A DNA stretch of 64,000 bases from Candidatus Hodarchaeota archaeon (GCA_016839815.1 JAEOTM010000204.1:49640-113639), one strand, 5' to 3'. Positions 1 to 10,188 are shown, counted from the first letter of the stretch. A program made the numbers and translations. Notes: generated by a model not told the origin, from the sequence alone.

Positions 1-1
1 A

Positions 2-1108
2 AATGAAATCGGGAATAATCTGGATATTTCAATCACCTTATTCGATCTTATTTCGACTGCATTAGACAAGAATGATGATCAGCTTGCACAGGAATATTTA
101 CTGGCTTTAAAACAGATAAAAGAGCAAGAAAAAAATAGAGTAATCGATCAAAGATATCGAGTGGCAAAAGCTCTACAATTGAAAAATGATGAACGATCTC
201 GAAAGAGAACTAAGGCCGAAGAATTACTGGTTCAGGTTATTAATGAAGAAATTATTGATCATGAAATAACTGAATATGCTATGCTTAATCTGTGCGAATT
301 ATATATCGATAATCTAAAACGTACAAATGATAGAACCATTTTAATGAAGGTACAGAAGTTAGTTTTAAAATTATCAGAGGTAGCAAAAGATCAACATTCA
401 CATTGGTTAATAGCAGAGGCCTATTTTCTAAAAGCGAAACTATTCCTAATTGATTTAAATCTCGATAAAGCCCGCGAATTCTTAGGACAAGCGCAGATTA
501 TAGCTGAAGAACGAGGAATGAAAAATCTTGCAATGAAGATATCATATGAGCATGATTTACTACTCCATGATCTACCCAAGTATGCTGAACTTAGCGAAAA
601 AGACGCCCCCTTAGCCGAACGATTGGAATTCGCAAAATTAGATCATCTTATCAAACGATTAACACATATGCGATTATTAGAACTTCCAGCGCTGAAAGAA
701 GAAGAACCAGTATTAGTTTTGGTAATGGCGGAAAACGGATTAAGCTTATTTTCAAAACCATTTCTTCCAGAAGGAGAAATCAACCCTCAATTATTTGGAG
801 GTTTTCTTTCTGCTATCCACTCCTTTTCAGAAGCGGTTTTTTCGAGAACATTGGACCGTGCCCTCTTAGGTGAATATACCCTTGTCATGAAAACAGAAGA
901 ACCTCTACTAATGTGTTATATCTGTAAAGGACAGGCATTCTCTGCTCTTCAGAAGCTTAATCAGTTTATCCAACATACCACTAAATCTGATAAGTACTGG
1001 AATGCTCTATTGCAAGGGAGTCAAACAGGAAAAACCCTTGATAACTCAGACTATGCGTCTCTTGAACATTTGGCCAGCTCTATCTTTTCACAAACAAGAG
1101 AAGAGTAA
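2..1108 (+). CDS. TPR-repeat protein with C-terminal longin-like domain (5'-truncated by window edge)
   Basis: Frame is open from nt 2 (NEIGNNLDISITLFDL...) into the 161..1108 ORF; helical TPR-like region, then LVLVMAENGLSLFSKPF...PQLFGGFLSAIHSFSE, a longin/roadblock-type pattern. Confidence 0.75.
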   Translation, partial: NEIGNNLDISITLFDLISTALDKNDDQLAQEYLLALKQIKEQEKNRVIDQRYRVAKALQLKNDERSRKRTKAEELLVQVINEEIIDHEITEYAMLNLCELYIDNLKRTNDRTILMKVQKLVLKLSEVAKDQHSHWLIAEAYFLKAKLFLIDLNLDKAREFLGQAQIIAEERGMKNLAMKISYEHDLLLHDLPKYAELSEKDAPLAERLEFAKLDHLIKRLTHMRLLELPALKEEEPVLVLVMAENGLSLFSKPFLPEGEINPQLFGGFLSAIHSFSEAVFSRTLDRALLGEYTLVMKTEEPLLMCYICKGQAFSALQKLNQFIQHTTKSDKYWNALLQGSQTGKTLDNSDYASLEHLASSIFSQTREE

Positions 1109-1137
1109 CAGTAGGTTTACATTTGATTTAAACGTTC

Positions 1138-1926
1138 TCAATCAGAAGAACAGGAGAAAATTGAATAATTTCTTTTGTGAGAAAACCCTACTTTTTGATA
1201 AAGGCGTATAGCAGGAAAATTATCTTCAGCCACAAATAATGAAACTATCTCTTTCTTTTTCAGGATCTCTTTTCCAATAGTAGAGACTAAGTTCTTACCA
1301 ATCGACTGGCCGCGAAATTCTGGCAGGACAAGGATATTCCCTAAATGTGCTAATTCGGGAGTTTCAAAATGAGTGCCACCACATGCAATGATAAATCCCT
1401 TTTTCTTCTTAAAGAAGTAGAATTGGCTTTCTAGCTGAATTGGATTCCAAGGAAAGGTATTATTTTTTTTATAAAATGCATTTATGTGGGTTAAATCTGC
1501 GGTAGAAGCATGAGTAAATGAAATATCTGCCTCATGAAAGAGTGCGCAAGTACGATTGGTTACCATACAAAATTCCGCACTTTGATCATTGAGAGAGAAA
1601 TTCTGGCGTAGTAAAGTTGCATCGATGGTTGAGGAAACCAATACAAACTGTCTAGGAAGGATTGAACGCAACCTGGATAGGATAAACTCCATTATTGCAT
1701 CGGATGTGTTTAATATTACGACAGAGGGAACTTGAAACCCTTTAAACACCGTAAAAAAGGAGAGAAGATTATTTCCCTCAAAAACACCAAAAATATCAGA
1801 TAAATCTAAGCAAGGAGGAAATAAATCACCAATCAACACAAGATTTTCGTATAGGTCTTTTTTGGCATATTGATAACAACGATTGAGTAAATCTTGATTG
1901 TCTTGCGAAATTGGATGGATTTTCAT
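1138..1926 (-). CDS. GNAT family N-acetyltransferase
   Basis: Motif A VLPEFRGQSIGKNL and motif B NFPAIRLYQKVGF in the C-terminal half. Confidence 0.9.
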   Translation of the reverse strand: MKIHPISQDNQDLLNRCYQYAKKDLYENLVLIGDLFPPCLDLSDIFGVFEGNNLLSFFTVFKGFQVPSVVILNTSDAIMEFILSRLRSILPRQFVLVSSTIDATLLRQNFSLNDQSAEFCMVTNRTCALFHEADISFTHASTADLTHINAFYKKNNTFPWNPIQLESQFYFFKKKKGFIIACGGTHFETPELAHLGNILVLPEFRGQSIGKNLVSTIGKEILKKKEIVSLFVAEDNFPAIRLYQKVGFSHKRNYSIFSCSSD

Positions 1927-1943
1927 GAAGAAAATTCAGCACC

Positions 1944-2444
1944 TTATATTTGGTAAACCATCTGATAATGAGTTTCAGTTTCATCTTTTGTGACGAAACC
2001 CAAATTTTTATACAGATTAAAGGCTTTATGATTCACTTTGAGGACCTGCAACATGATATTTTTGTTTTCATTTTTTCCTCGTTCGATAATCTCCTTAATT
2101 AGCTTTGATCCAATTCCTTTATTCTGAAATATTGGAAGAATTTCTATCACACTAAGAACGAGTGTATCTGATCTCTGATCAACCTCGATACATCCAATAT
2201 CCTTCCCAGATATTTGAATAATCTTATACAATTCAGGATTCACAGTCTGTTGATGACGTGTATATTGAAAAGCATCATCCCAACCCCAAATTTGGGCTAC
2301 ATACTCTTTAAGTGTTGCTTTCTTGAGAACAAACAGAAACTCTAAGTCCTCTGGGATCCCCGAACGAAGTGTGATATTTTCCAGCATAAATAGTTGAAAA
2401 GAATTAGGGGTTTTTTCTCTTTCTTTCTCACTCAAATGATTCAT
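1944..2444 (-). CDS. GNAT family N-acetyltransferase
   Basis: ILPIFQNKGIGSKLI and NHKAFNLYKNLGF motifs; true start may be the internal MLENITLR. Confidence 0.9.
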   Translation of the reverse strand: MNHLSEKEREKTPNSFQLFMLENITLRSGIPEDLEFLFVLKKATLKEYVAQIWGWDDAFQYTRHQQTVNPELYKIIQISGKDIGCIEVDQRSDTLVLSVIEILPIFQNKGIGSKLIKEIIERGKNENKNIMLQVLKVNHKAFNLYKNLGFVTKDETETHYQMVYQI

Positions 2445-2465
2445 CTATAAACCAGTATATTCATC

Positions 2466-3248
2466 TCAAAGTAGAATAATAAGCTTACCATGCCAACCGA
2501 TATTTAACTGATTTTCTCCCTGATAAGTATTCACATGGCCAAATTCAACTCTTATTTGGGTACCAACTTGCACTTGGGAAATCTGCTCATTCCATAAAAC
2601 AAGAGTAATATTACCAGTAGTGTCTCTAAGTTCAGCATGAGCTACTGATAATCGCTTACCGGTCGATCGAGAGATTACTTCCTTTGGAGATGAGATAGAA
2701 TGAACAACCCCTTCCACATTAATATCTTTCAATCCCTCTGTTAGGTCATGTATCTTTTGAAGTATAAATGGAGAAGAAGTTGTCAGTGCTTTTTGATACC
2801 AGATTCCTCGCCAATCGAAAGGTCCGACCTCCCAGCCGACCTGGACAAAACCGTGTTTTTTGTAGAAGTTCTGAGTTCTCTTATTCCAGTCTGGGGTCCC
2901 TAAAGTCCAGAACTGGACCTGAGGATATCTTTTCCAGAGCAATGTCATAGCACGAGAGGCTAATCCCTTGTTATGGAAAGGAGGATCAATAAATATTCGT
3001 TCAAGAACACGATGATGTTTTCCCCGAGCTGTTACTAATAAACCTCCCACAATGTTTTCACCCAACATAATTTTATAATAATCAAGAAAGCCCATAAAGC
3101 GTTCTTGAAAGGAGGTAGAGTCGTAACCAGGAGGACCCCCCAATCCAGGGGCTCCTACTTCAGTATCACTATCAAACGCTCGCTTGGAGATTGCAGTTAG
3201 TTCCATAACATCTTTTTTTTCGGCAGCTTCGAGTCTAATGATATCCAT
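2466..3248 (-). CDS. GNAT acetyltransferase fused to C-terminal SSB/RPA-type OB-fold
   Basis: IDPPFHNKGLA...NKRTQNFYKKHGF (GNAT), then KIHDLTEGLKDINVEG...LRDTTGNITLVLWNEQ...YQGENQLNIG (archaeal SSB OB-fold). Confidence 0.85.
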   Translation of the reverse strand: MDIIRLEAAEKKDVMELTAISKRAFDSDTEVGAPGLGGPPGYDSTSFQERFMGFLDYYKIMLGENIVGGLLVTARGKHHRVLERIFIDPPFHNKGLASRAMTLLWKRYPQVQFWTLGTPDWNKRTQNFYKKHGFVQVGWEVGPFDWRGIWYQKALTTSSPFILQKIHDLTEGLKDINVEGVVHSISSPKEVISRSTGKRLSVAHAELRDTTGNITLVLWNEQISQVQVGTQIRVEFGHVNTYQGENQLNIGWHGKLIILL

Positions 3249-3408
3249 ACAACCATTCTCCGTTCTCAGTCATCAAATCGTCAATCGGTGTCTAAAATGT
3301 TCTATTCTTTTTCTCGTATTAACCAGATGATTGTGGTAATAAAAGTTGCTATTGACTTGGGATTGATTATTATTCTGAAATTAAAACTGATAAATTTTGA
3401 GAAAACAG

Positions 3409-4062
3409 TCAGTCATCTGATTTTTTGGATGATTTACATGTAGGAATGATGTTGAATAGGTGTGAAATTAACCGAAGAAAATAAGAAGTAAGATAAGCAC
3501 GATAAAGGGAGAAGAATAGCGCAATTGACTTAAGAATTTCTTTAGCGGGATGAGTAGAGGGATAGATGACGTTTCGTGCTAAGGATGAAAAAACGTGGGC
3601 AATTTCGGGACACGATTTAGACCGACATTCAAAATACTTCCCGTTGAAAGATTTAGCAACCATCAAAGCTTCTTCATGGGATACAACAGGTGAGGATGAA
3701 GTAATTCCAACAAGAGCAAGGGGAACTTCTGGTAGGATATATTTTTGAAATTCAATTATATGGTTGGGAATTTCTAAAAATGATTTTCGATTATTTCGAT
3801 CAAAAAAGATGATACAGGCCGAAGCTCCACGATAATAACTAGGTCTCAGTTTACCAAAGAATTCCTGTCCAGCTGTGTCTACTATGATCAATTTAACCCC
3901 GATACCATTTAGAGTGATCTTTTTTGTAGTAATATCGACGCCCAATGTTGGTAAATAATTTGTGTCAAACTTATTTTCCGCAAAGCGTCGGATAAGGGGG
4001 GTTTTTTCCACGCTCCCAGACCCTATTGCACATATTTTCAAGAGATATTCATTTGAATACAT
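3409..4062 (-). CDS. Rab-like small GTPase (degenerate G1 and G4)
   Basis: YLPTLGVD (G2), DTAGQE (G3), SYYRGA; P-loop reads GSGSVEKT; NKxD absent. Confidence 0.9.
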   Translation of the reverse strand: MYSNEYLLKICAIGSGSVEKTPLIRRFAENKFDTNYLPTLGVDITTKKITLNGIGVKLIIVDTAGQEFFGKLRPSYYRGASACIIFFDRNNRKSFLEIPNHIIEFQKYILPEVPLALVGITSSSPVVSHEEALMVAKSFNGKYFECRSKSCPEIAHVFSSLARNVIYPSTHPAKEILKSIALFFSLYRAYLTSYFLRLISHLFNIIPTCKSSKKSDD

Positions 4063-4119
4063 CAGTAACTAGCTCAGCTAGAATCCAGCTTTTATAGCCG
4101 ACGAAATCCACCATTCGTT

Positions 4120-4176
4120 TTATGGTTAACTAGTATGATCGATAACAGTTAAAGAATTAACTAGAGAATGTATTCG
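4120..4176 (-). promoter_or_regulatory. Conserved upstream element of Rab-like gene: two TTAACTAG boxes 31 bp apart
   Basis: TTAACTAG at 4126 and 4157; same arrangement upstream of the paralog at 61361/61392. Confidence 0.6.
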
Positions 4177-4391
4177 AGAAAAAGGGTATACGAAAAATAG
4201 AAAAAAGAGGAATACTACAAATATTAACCAGTATTGTGTTATTCACCTCACTACTTTAGAATCCCTCAAGATAGTCGAAAATCCTTTTAGAAAATTGTAC
4301 GAACTAGGAGGTACAGGTACTTTTAAAGTGGAAAAAATCGTCAATTTGCAGGGAAAAACACATTCTCCTAGCAATACCTAAGGGTGAGAAG

Positions 4392-7067
4392 TTGCCTATA
4401 TTTAACAGGTATCTATTCAAGAAACTCATTAGAGATTCCGGAAGGACAAAATTATTAGTAACATCTCTCCTTCTCTTGAGCATTATTGGGGTGGCATCAT
4501 ATATTGCTTTAGTAATGGGATATCAATCTCTTGAGTACTCGTATGAGCGATTTTACATAGAAAGTAGCTTCCACGATTATGAAATTCAGGCAACGGAAGG
4601 ACAATGGTTAGATCAAAGCCAGCTGAGTACCCTTACTGAAGGTTTCCTAGTACAAAATACTGCTATCCAGGCGATTAATTACCGTTTGTTAATAGAAAGT
4701 GGTTATAACTATTCTAAGAAAGACATCTTCATCACTGGGGCAGGAAAGATTGTAGGATACAATACAAGCACTCCGTACGAACAGCAAATTAACCGTTTAT
4801 CCATTAAAGATGGAAAGGAGTACATCCCGAATGGAAACTCGAGTATCTCATCGAATGGATCATCGAATCAGGTCATAGTGAACAACCAATTTGCAGACAG
4901 GCTAAATCTAAAAATTGAGGACCAGATTACCCTTCGAATGAATAAAGGAAAACAGGTTACGATACGAGGAATTGCGTATTCCCCAGAATACGCTGTGGTT
5001 ATTCCTTCTAAGTGGGGATCTATCATTCCGATGAACCAATATGGAATATTTTACATGCCACTTTCCACTGTTCAGATGGATCTTAACTTAACAGGGAGAA
5101 TTAATAACATTCTAATTAAATTTATACCAGAAACCACAGATTTGGTACAAAAACAAATCATAAAAGATTATCAGAATTTAATCATACAATCATTAAACGT
5201 CAGTCTCCTTGATCCTGTATCATCAGAATTTCAAGTCTCTAATTGGTTTATAAGACTGAATATTGAAGGATTCAGAGAAATTGCACAATTCTTACCCTTT
5301 CTTGTATTGTGTGTGGCCACTCTTACCATTTTTGTATCGTTTAATCGACTAATCTATCACCAAAAACGTGAAATTGGGGTCATCCTCTCCTTAGGATTTA
5401 CTCCAAATGATATTCTTATCCATTATATCAGCTATATCCTAATAATTGCTGGAATTGGAGCCATTTTAGGAACAATCACAGGGATATTCTTCACTCATGT
5501 GGTTGCGAGTTTTTTCGGGATAATCTCTTCGATTCCACATATATTAGTTAAGATTGATCCCTTGGTTATTCTCTTTGCAGGTTTAATGGGATTTCTAGCT
5601 TCTTTTATTGGCGGATTCTATCCAGCTTTTATTGGAAGTCGCTTAAATCCAAAACAGGCAATAGGGAATTACACTAAAGCACTAAACCTTGGAAAATTGG
5701 CAAAATTAGGGATTATTGACAAATCTCGTCTTAATGTACAGATAAAGATGTTATTTAGGAACATCTTCAGAAATGGATGGAGAAGTCTCACAAACACCAT
5801 GGGGGCTGCAGCTACCATGATAGTTCTATTTATATCACTTACTCTACTCTTTGCCATGACGACAACTATAAATACAGAATTTAACCAGATTAATGATTAC
5901 GATCTAGAACTTACATTTACAAAACCGAAATTAGGAGATTTAAATCTTTATAGTGAATTATCAAAATTAAAAACTATAAAGACGGAATATGGAATAGAGG
6001 CTTACGACTGTGTTTTGGAAATTCCAGTAATTTTTTTTTCCGATGACCTAAAAAAGTCAAATGAAGGAATGTTAATTGGATTTAATTCCAGCACTCCTAT
6101 CACTCACAATTTTAAGTGGGATACTCAGTTTTCTACTCAGTGGGAGAGTCCTAAATCAACCATAGTGTTAACATCCGGACTGGCAAATTTTTTCGGACTT
6201 GAAAATAGTGTAGACAATGAGATAGTTGTAAAACATCCACGAGTACTTAGCGTAGAAGAAGAACTGTGGTTACGATTATTTTATTTCCAGAATGGAAGAA
6301 ATACAACTCTCACTCTATTACAGGATCAATTCGAGGATAGTCCATATGTAATGAACTACAATCAAAGTACTGAGTTCCAGACAAAGAACAGTCGAATCTC
6401 TGTTGGTGGAGTATCAAAAGAACTCTGGGGAACAATGAATTACGTTTCATTAGACAAAATGATAAGTATGTTAGGCCTGAGTTTATTTAATGAATTAGGA
6501 ATCGATCTGACTCCAGTGTCGAAAATTTATATCAAACTCAATTCACACGGAATAAAATTTCAATCACAAATTGAAAGTAAACTATTATCCACTCTGAATG
6601 ATATTGAGTCTATTACAACAATAACACAAATTCAAGAAGGAACGGAAGCGTACTTAGAAATTTTAAATGTCTTAATCCTTCTCCTAATAATTGTAGCTAT
6701 TATAATTTCAATCTTATCACAAATAACAACCGTTTTTCTCAATACTCATGAAAGAAAGAAGGAACTCCTAACTATGCAAGTCCTAGGATCCTCAGATTTT
6801 GAAATTTCGTTTGGTTTCTTAGCTGAAAACTTACTTCTTACAGTACTTGGATTGATATTAGGGGCCCCTATTGGCTTCAGATTGACCCAAATGATCGTTA
6901 CTACCATGTTCCCAATGATGGTGTATCTTCACATCACATTCGAGGTTGAAATTGTCATTCTCATTATTCTAAGTGTCATAATAACAAGTATTGTTACTCA
7001 AATTCCCACATTATTATCTCTTTTCAAATTAGATTTATCATTGATCTCAAAAGAGTTTATTGGATAA
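4392..7067 (+). CDS. ABC transporter permease, FtsX/MacB family (two FtsX domains)
   Basis: QKREIGVILSLGF and ERKKELLTMQVLGSS motifs, two large extracellular domains, multiple TM helices. Confidence 0.9.
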   Translation: MPIFNRYLFKKLIRDSGRTKLLVTSLLLLSIIGVASYIALVMGYQSLEYSYERFYIESSFHDYEIQATEGQWLDQSQLSTLTEGFLVQNTAIQAINYRLLIESGYNYSKKDIFITGAGKIVGYNTSTPYEQQINRLSIKDGKEYIPNGNSSISSNGSSNQVIVNNQFADRLNLKIEDQITLRMNKGKQVTIRGIAYSPEYAVVIPSKWGSIIPMNQYGIFYMPLSTVQMDLNLTGRINNILIKFIPETTDLVQKQIIKDYQNLIIQSLNVSLLDPVSSEFQVSNWFIRLNIEGFREIAQFLPFLVLCVATLTIFVSFNRLIYHQKREIGVILSLGFTPNDILIHYISYILIIAGIGAILGTITGIFFTHVVASFFGIISSIPHILVKIDPLVILFAGLMGFLASFIGGFYPAFIGSRLNPKQAIGNYTKALNLGKLAKLGIIDKSRLNVQIKMLFRNIFRNGWRSLTNTMGAAATMIVLFISLTLLFAMTTTINTEFNQINDYDLELTFTKPKLGDLNLYSELSKLKTIKTEYGIEAYDCVLEIPVIFFSDDLKKSNEGMLIGFNSSTPITHNFKWDTQFSTQWESPKSTIVLTSGLANFFGLENSVDNEIVVKHPRVLSVEEELWLRLFYFQNGRNTTLTLLQDQFEDSPYVMNYNQSTEFQTKNSRISVGGVSKELWGTMNYVSLDKMISMLGLSLFNELGIDLTPVSKIYIKLNSHGIKFQSQIESKLLSTLNDIESITTITQIQEGTEAYLEILNVLILLLIIVAIIISILSQITTVFLNTHERKKELLTMQVLGSSDFEISFGFLAENLLLTVLGLILGAPIGFRLTQMIVTTMFPMMVYLHITFEVEIVILIILSVIITSIVTQIPTLLSLFKLDLSLISKEFIG

Positions 7068-7161
7068 CAATGTGATGTGTAATCTCTGATATACTCCCTC
7101 TCATGAGTTTACTCGGAAGGGAGTTAAGTTTATGAATATATAGTTCTCCTCAGCTACCAAG

Positions 7162-8589
7162 ATGGTTTCTTCAAGATTCTATTTGATTCTCATTTTAACC
7201 TCATTTTTTGCATTTTTCCTTGGACAAATAAGCACAATAACAGTGACATACCAAATACTACAAGATCCTATCCCAGATTATATTTTTTATAATGGAACTG
7301 TTATTACCATGGAAAATAATCAACCTAGTGCGGAGGCAGTTGCGGTTATGGGAAATCTCATTAGTACTGTTGGAACAGAAGCAGAAGTTTTTTCTTACGC
7401 TGATTCTACAACCGTATTGATCAATTTACACAAAAAAACACTGGTTCCAGGATTTATTGATTCGCACTCTCATTGGATTGGAGATCGTGGATTAACCAAT
7501 ACCACAGAATTGAATGATGTCATCAATGCCTTAATCTCTTATGGATGGACCAGTATTTCGGAGCTATTTGTAAATCAGGATCGGCTAACTGAACTCCAAG
7601 CTGTAGATGACTCTAACTTATTAAAAGTTAGAGTTAATTGCTATCTCCCTTTAGGTTATGGATTTGATAGGTTTGGGGATTGGTATCAAGCTTATACTCC
7701 TGGTCACGAATTTAGCTCTCGGTTACGAATCGCTGGAGTGAAATTATTTGCAGATAGGTGGTATTTTGAACCTCTAATTCTGATCAATCAGTCTGAAATG
7801 TATCAACTGGTTCAAGAAGCGCATGCATTAGGATTTCAAATTGCTACACACAGCGTAGTTCCTAATGCAACGGATATTGTCCTTAATGCTTACCAATCGG
7901 TGATAGGTAGCGGAACAAATGAGCTTCGACATCGAATCGAACATCTGGTGTTGCTCAGAAATGATCAAATTACGAGGTTGGCAGAACTGGCGATTCTTGG
8001 ATGTATTCAGCTTCCTTGGTTTAATTCAGATTGGAATGATAGAATTGAACCTGCAATTGGTAGAGATAGGGCACTTCTGGTAGGACGATGGCGAGATCTA
8101 CTTAATGTAGGAGTTCACCTCATGGGGAGTACTGATTATCCGTACGTCCTTGGGGAGGTAAAGACTCCAATGGGTTGTTTAGCCTCTGCGGTCACAAGGA
8201 TAGGTACATTGGGTGAGACTCCTGTCGACTTTATGTTAAACGAAAGGATAACTCCTGAACAAGCTTTACGTACATTGACCATAAATGGTGCTTACGGAAC
8301 TTTCCAAGAAAATGTAAAAGGCAGTATTCGATTTGGCAAGTTAGCTGATTTGGTCGTCTTATCAGACAATCCTCTAATGGTTCCTGAAACCAATATCCAA
8401 GATATTGAAGTACTATTAACAATGATTGATGGAAAAATCGAATATTTGAATCCAGAAGGTCCTGAAATTACTAATTTTCTCTCTAGTCGAACTGCTCCCA
8501 TAAGCTCTGCAACATCAGTTGGGATTCTTCCTTTAATTATTACTTTTGGTGTCCTCTTCCAAATTAGAAATCTACAGAAAAAATCCTAA
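7162..8589 (+). CDS. Exported amidohydrolase (amidohydrolase_3/YtcJ-like) with C-terminal membrane anchor
   Basis: PGFIDSHSH, HRIEH, GSTDYP, KGSIRFGKLADLVVL; N-terminal signal and C-terminal TM plus KK. Confidence 0.9.
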   Translation: MVSSRFYLILILTSFFAFFLGQISTITVTYQILQDPIPDYIFYNGTVITMENNQPSAEAVAVMGNLISTVGTEAEVFSYADSTTVLINLHKKTLVPGFIDSHSHWIGDRGLTNTTELNDVINALISYGWTSISELFVNQDRLTELQAVDDSNLLKVRVNCYLPLGYGFDRFGDWYQAYTPGHEFSSRLRIAGVKLFADRWYFEPLILINQSEMYQLVQEAHALGFQIATHSVVPNATDIVLNAYQSVIGSGTNELRHRIEHLVLLRNDQITRLAELAILGCIQLPWFNSDWNDRIEPAIGRDRALLVGRWRDLLNVGVHLMGSTDYPYVLGEVKTPMGCLASAVTRIGTLGETPVDFMLNERITPEQALRTLTINGAYGTFQENVKGSIRFGKLADLVVLSDNPLMVPETNIQDIEVLLTMIDGKIEYLNPEGPEITNFLSSRTAPISSATSVGILPLIITFGVLFQIRNLQKKS

Positions 8590-8632
8590 TCTCAAAGCTT
8601 GAACACTAAAGCAAGAATTCGGGATTAGGTTC

Positions 8633-9196
8633 TTAATCTTGAGTCAAGATCAATTCCGTAAGTCTAGTGAAAATAAGATCCATTTGTGATAGATCAGAAA
8701 GAGGACATTCAAAATAATGAAGATTAAGTGTCTTTGCTAATTGTTGGCCTTCCTCGGAGGAAATAGATTTATTGTTTCCATTCACCGCAACAAGACCTAT
8801 GGGAACTAATTTACCTTGAATTTCCTGAAATTCGTGACACAATTCTTCAACTTTCTTAAAAGAATCAAGATCGCCTTTATCATAGAAAATAAGACACCCG
8901 TGGGCCCCTTGATAATACATACTACGTAACGCTTTATATTTTGCTCTTGAAACGATGTAAATTTTCAATTTGACCTCAGTAGACCTTATCTTAACAGTCT
9001 TCAAGCCAAAATCGCTCCCTACAGTCGATGAATAATCAATTTTAAATGTAGAATCGGCTGTTAAACGGCCAAGATGTTGAATCAAGTGAAAATTGGTACC
9101 AATCATACAAATCTTGAAATTAAGTTTATCAGAGGTCATTTTACACAAACTCATACACTTCTCTCCACAAACTCCAAAATGAGAAGTGATCTTCAA
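8633..9196 (-). CDS. Degenerate Rab-like small GTPase
   Basis: FKICMIG, YSSTVGSDFG, MYYQGAHGCLIFYD, EEGQQLAKTLNLHYFE; G1, G3 and G4 motifs lost. Confidence 0.8.
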   Translation of the reverse strand: MKITSHFGVCGEKCMSLCKMTSDKLNFKICMIGTNFHLIQHLGRLTADSTFKIDYSSTVGSDFGLKTVKIRSTEVKLKIYIVSRAKYKALRSMYYQGAHGCLIFYDKGDLDSFKKVEELCHEFQEIQGKLVPIGLVAVNGNNKSISSEEGQQLAKTLNLHYFECPLSDLSQMDLIFTRLTELILTQD

Positions 9197-9282
9197 TTCG
9201 AAAATTTCAATTTACCATAAAATAAAGATTCTTATTCCACACGCTTCTAGAAAGAACGAGATACTAACAAGGAGGTTTACGT

Positions 9283-10188
9283 ATACGCGCTTATGATTTT
9301 ATTCAAACGAGTGTTTTTACTGATGATCGATATGGATTCTCGGGAAACCAGTTGGCAACGTTTTGGAATCTAAAAGAGAATGATCTAACACAGGAAGAGA
9401 TGCAAGGTATTACTCGTGAAATGAATTTCTCTGAAACAACATTTGTATTTCCCTCTACAATTAAGAAATGTATTAGAAAAGTACGAATTTTTACTCCAGG
9501 TCTTGAAATCCCATTTGCAGGCCATCCAACATTAGGAACAGCATTTGTATTAAAACATCAAGATATACTTAGTCATGATCAAATGACAGCATTTTTAGAG
9601 TTGGGAATCGGTCCAATTGAGGTGAAATTTAAAACAAACCATCATATACAGATGTATCAATCGAAACCTGAATTTCAGGAAGTATTCGAGGACAAAGAAG
9701 TAATGGCACAAATTTTAGGAGTATCTCCTGGCGTAATTGCAGATTATGGACCCATGCAATTTATTTCAACAGGTTTTCCATTCTTAATCGTCCCTATTAC
9801 CACACTAAAAGCGATTCAAGCAATCAAACTTAATTCAACTCTTTTGATGGACACTTTAAGCAACTATCCATCTCAGGATTTAGTAGTGCTTACCCCTGAA
9901 ACCATTCATCCTGATTCACAGGCACATGTGCGAATGTTTGCGCCATCTGCTGGAGTTTTTGAGGATCCAGCTACAGGAAGTGCAGCTGGACCGATTGGAG
10001 GATATATTGAAGCCCATAGAATTCTAAAAAATCATGTTAAGGGGTCAAAAATATCTTTAGAGCAGGGACATGAGATTAATAGACCAAGTAAACTTATTGT
10101 AGAGTGCCTCTTCGAAAAAGAGGAATTTCAACAAATAATTGTTGGTGGTACAGTGAAGTTAACTGCGGAAGGAAGATTTGTGCTCTAG
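9283..10188 (+). CDS. PhzF family isomerase/epimerase
   Basis: EMNFSETTF, RIFTPGLEIPFAGHPTLG, EDPATGSAAG, EQG. The family N-terminus (DFIQTSVFT...FSGNQLA) lies in frame upstream of 9352, starting at ATA 9283 behind GGAGGT. Confidence 0.9.
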   Translation: MRAYDFIQTSVFTDDRYGFSGNQLATFWNLKENDLTQEEMQGITREMNFSETTFVFPSTIKKCIRKVRIFTPGLEIPFAGHPTLGTAFVLKHQDILSHDQMTAFLELGIGPIEVKFKTNHHIQMYQSKPEFQEVFEDKEVMAQILGVSPGVIADYGPMQFISTGFPFLIVPITTLKAIQAIKLNSTLLMDTLSNYPSQDLVVLTPETIHPDSQAHVRMFAPSAGVFEDPATGSAAGPIGGYIEAHRILKNHVKGSKISLEQGHEINRPSKLIVECLFEKEEFQQIIVGGTVKLTAEGRFVL

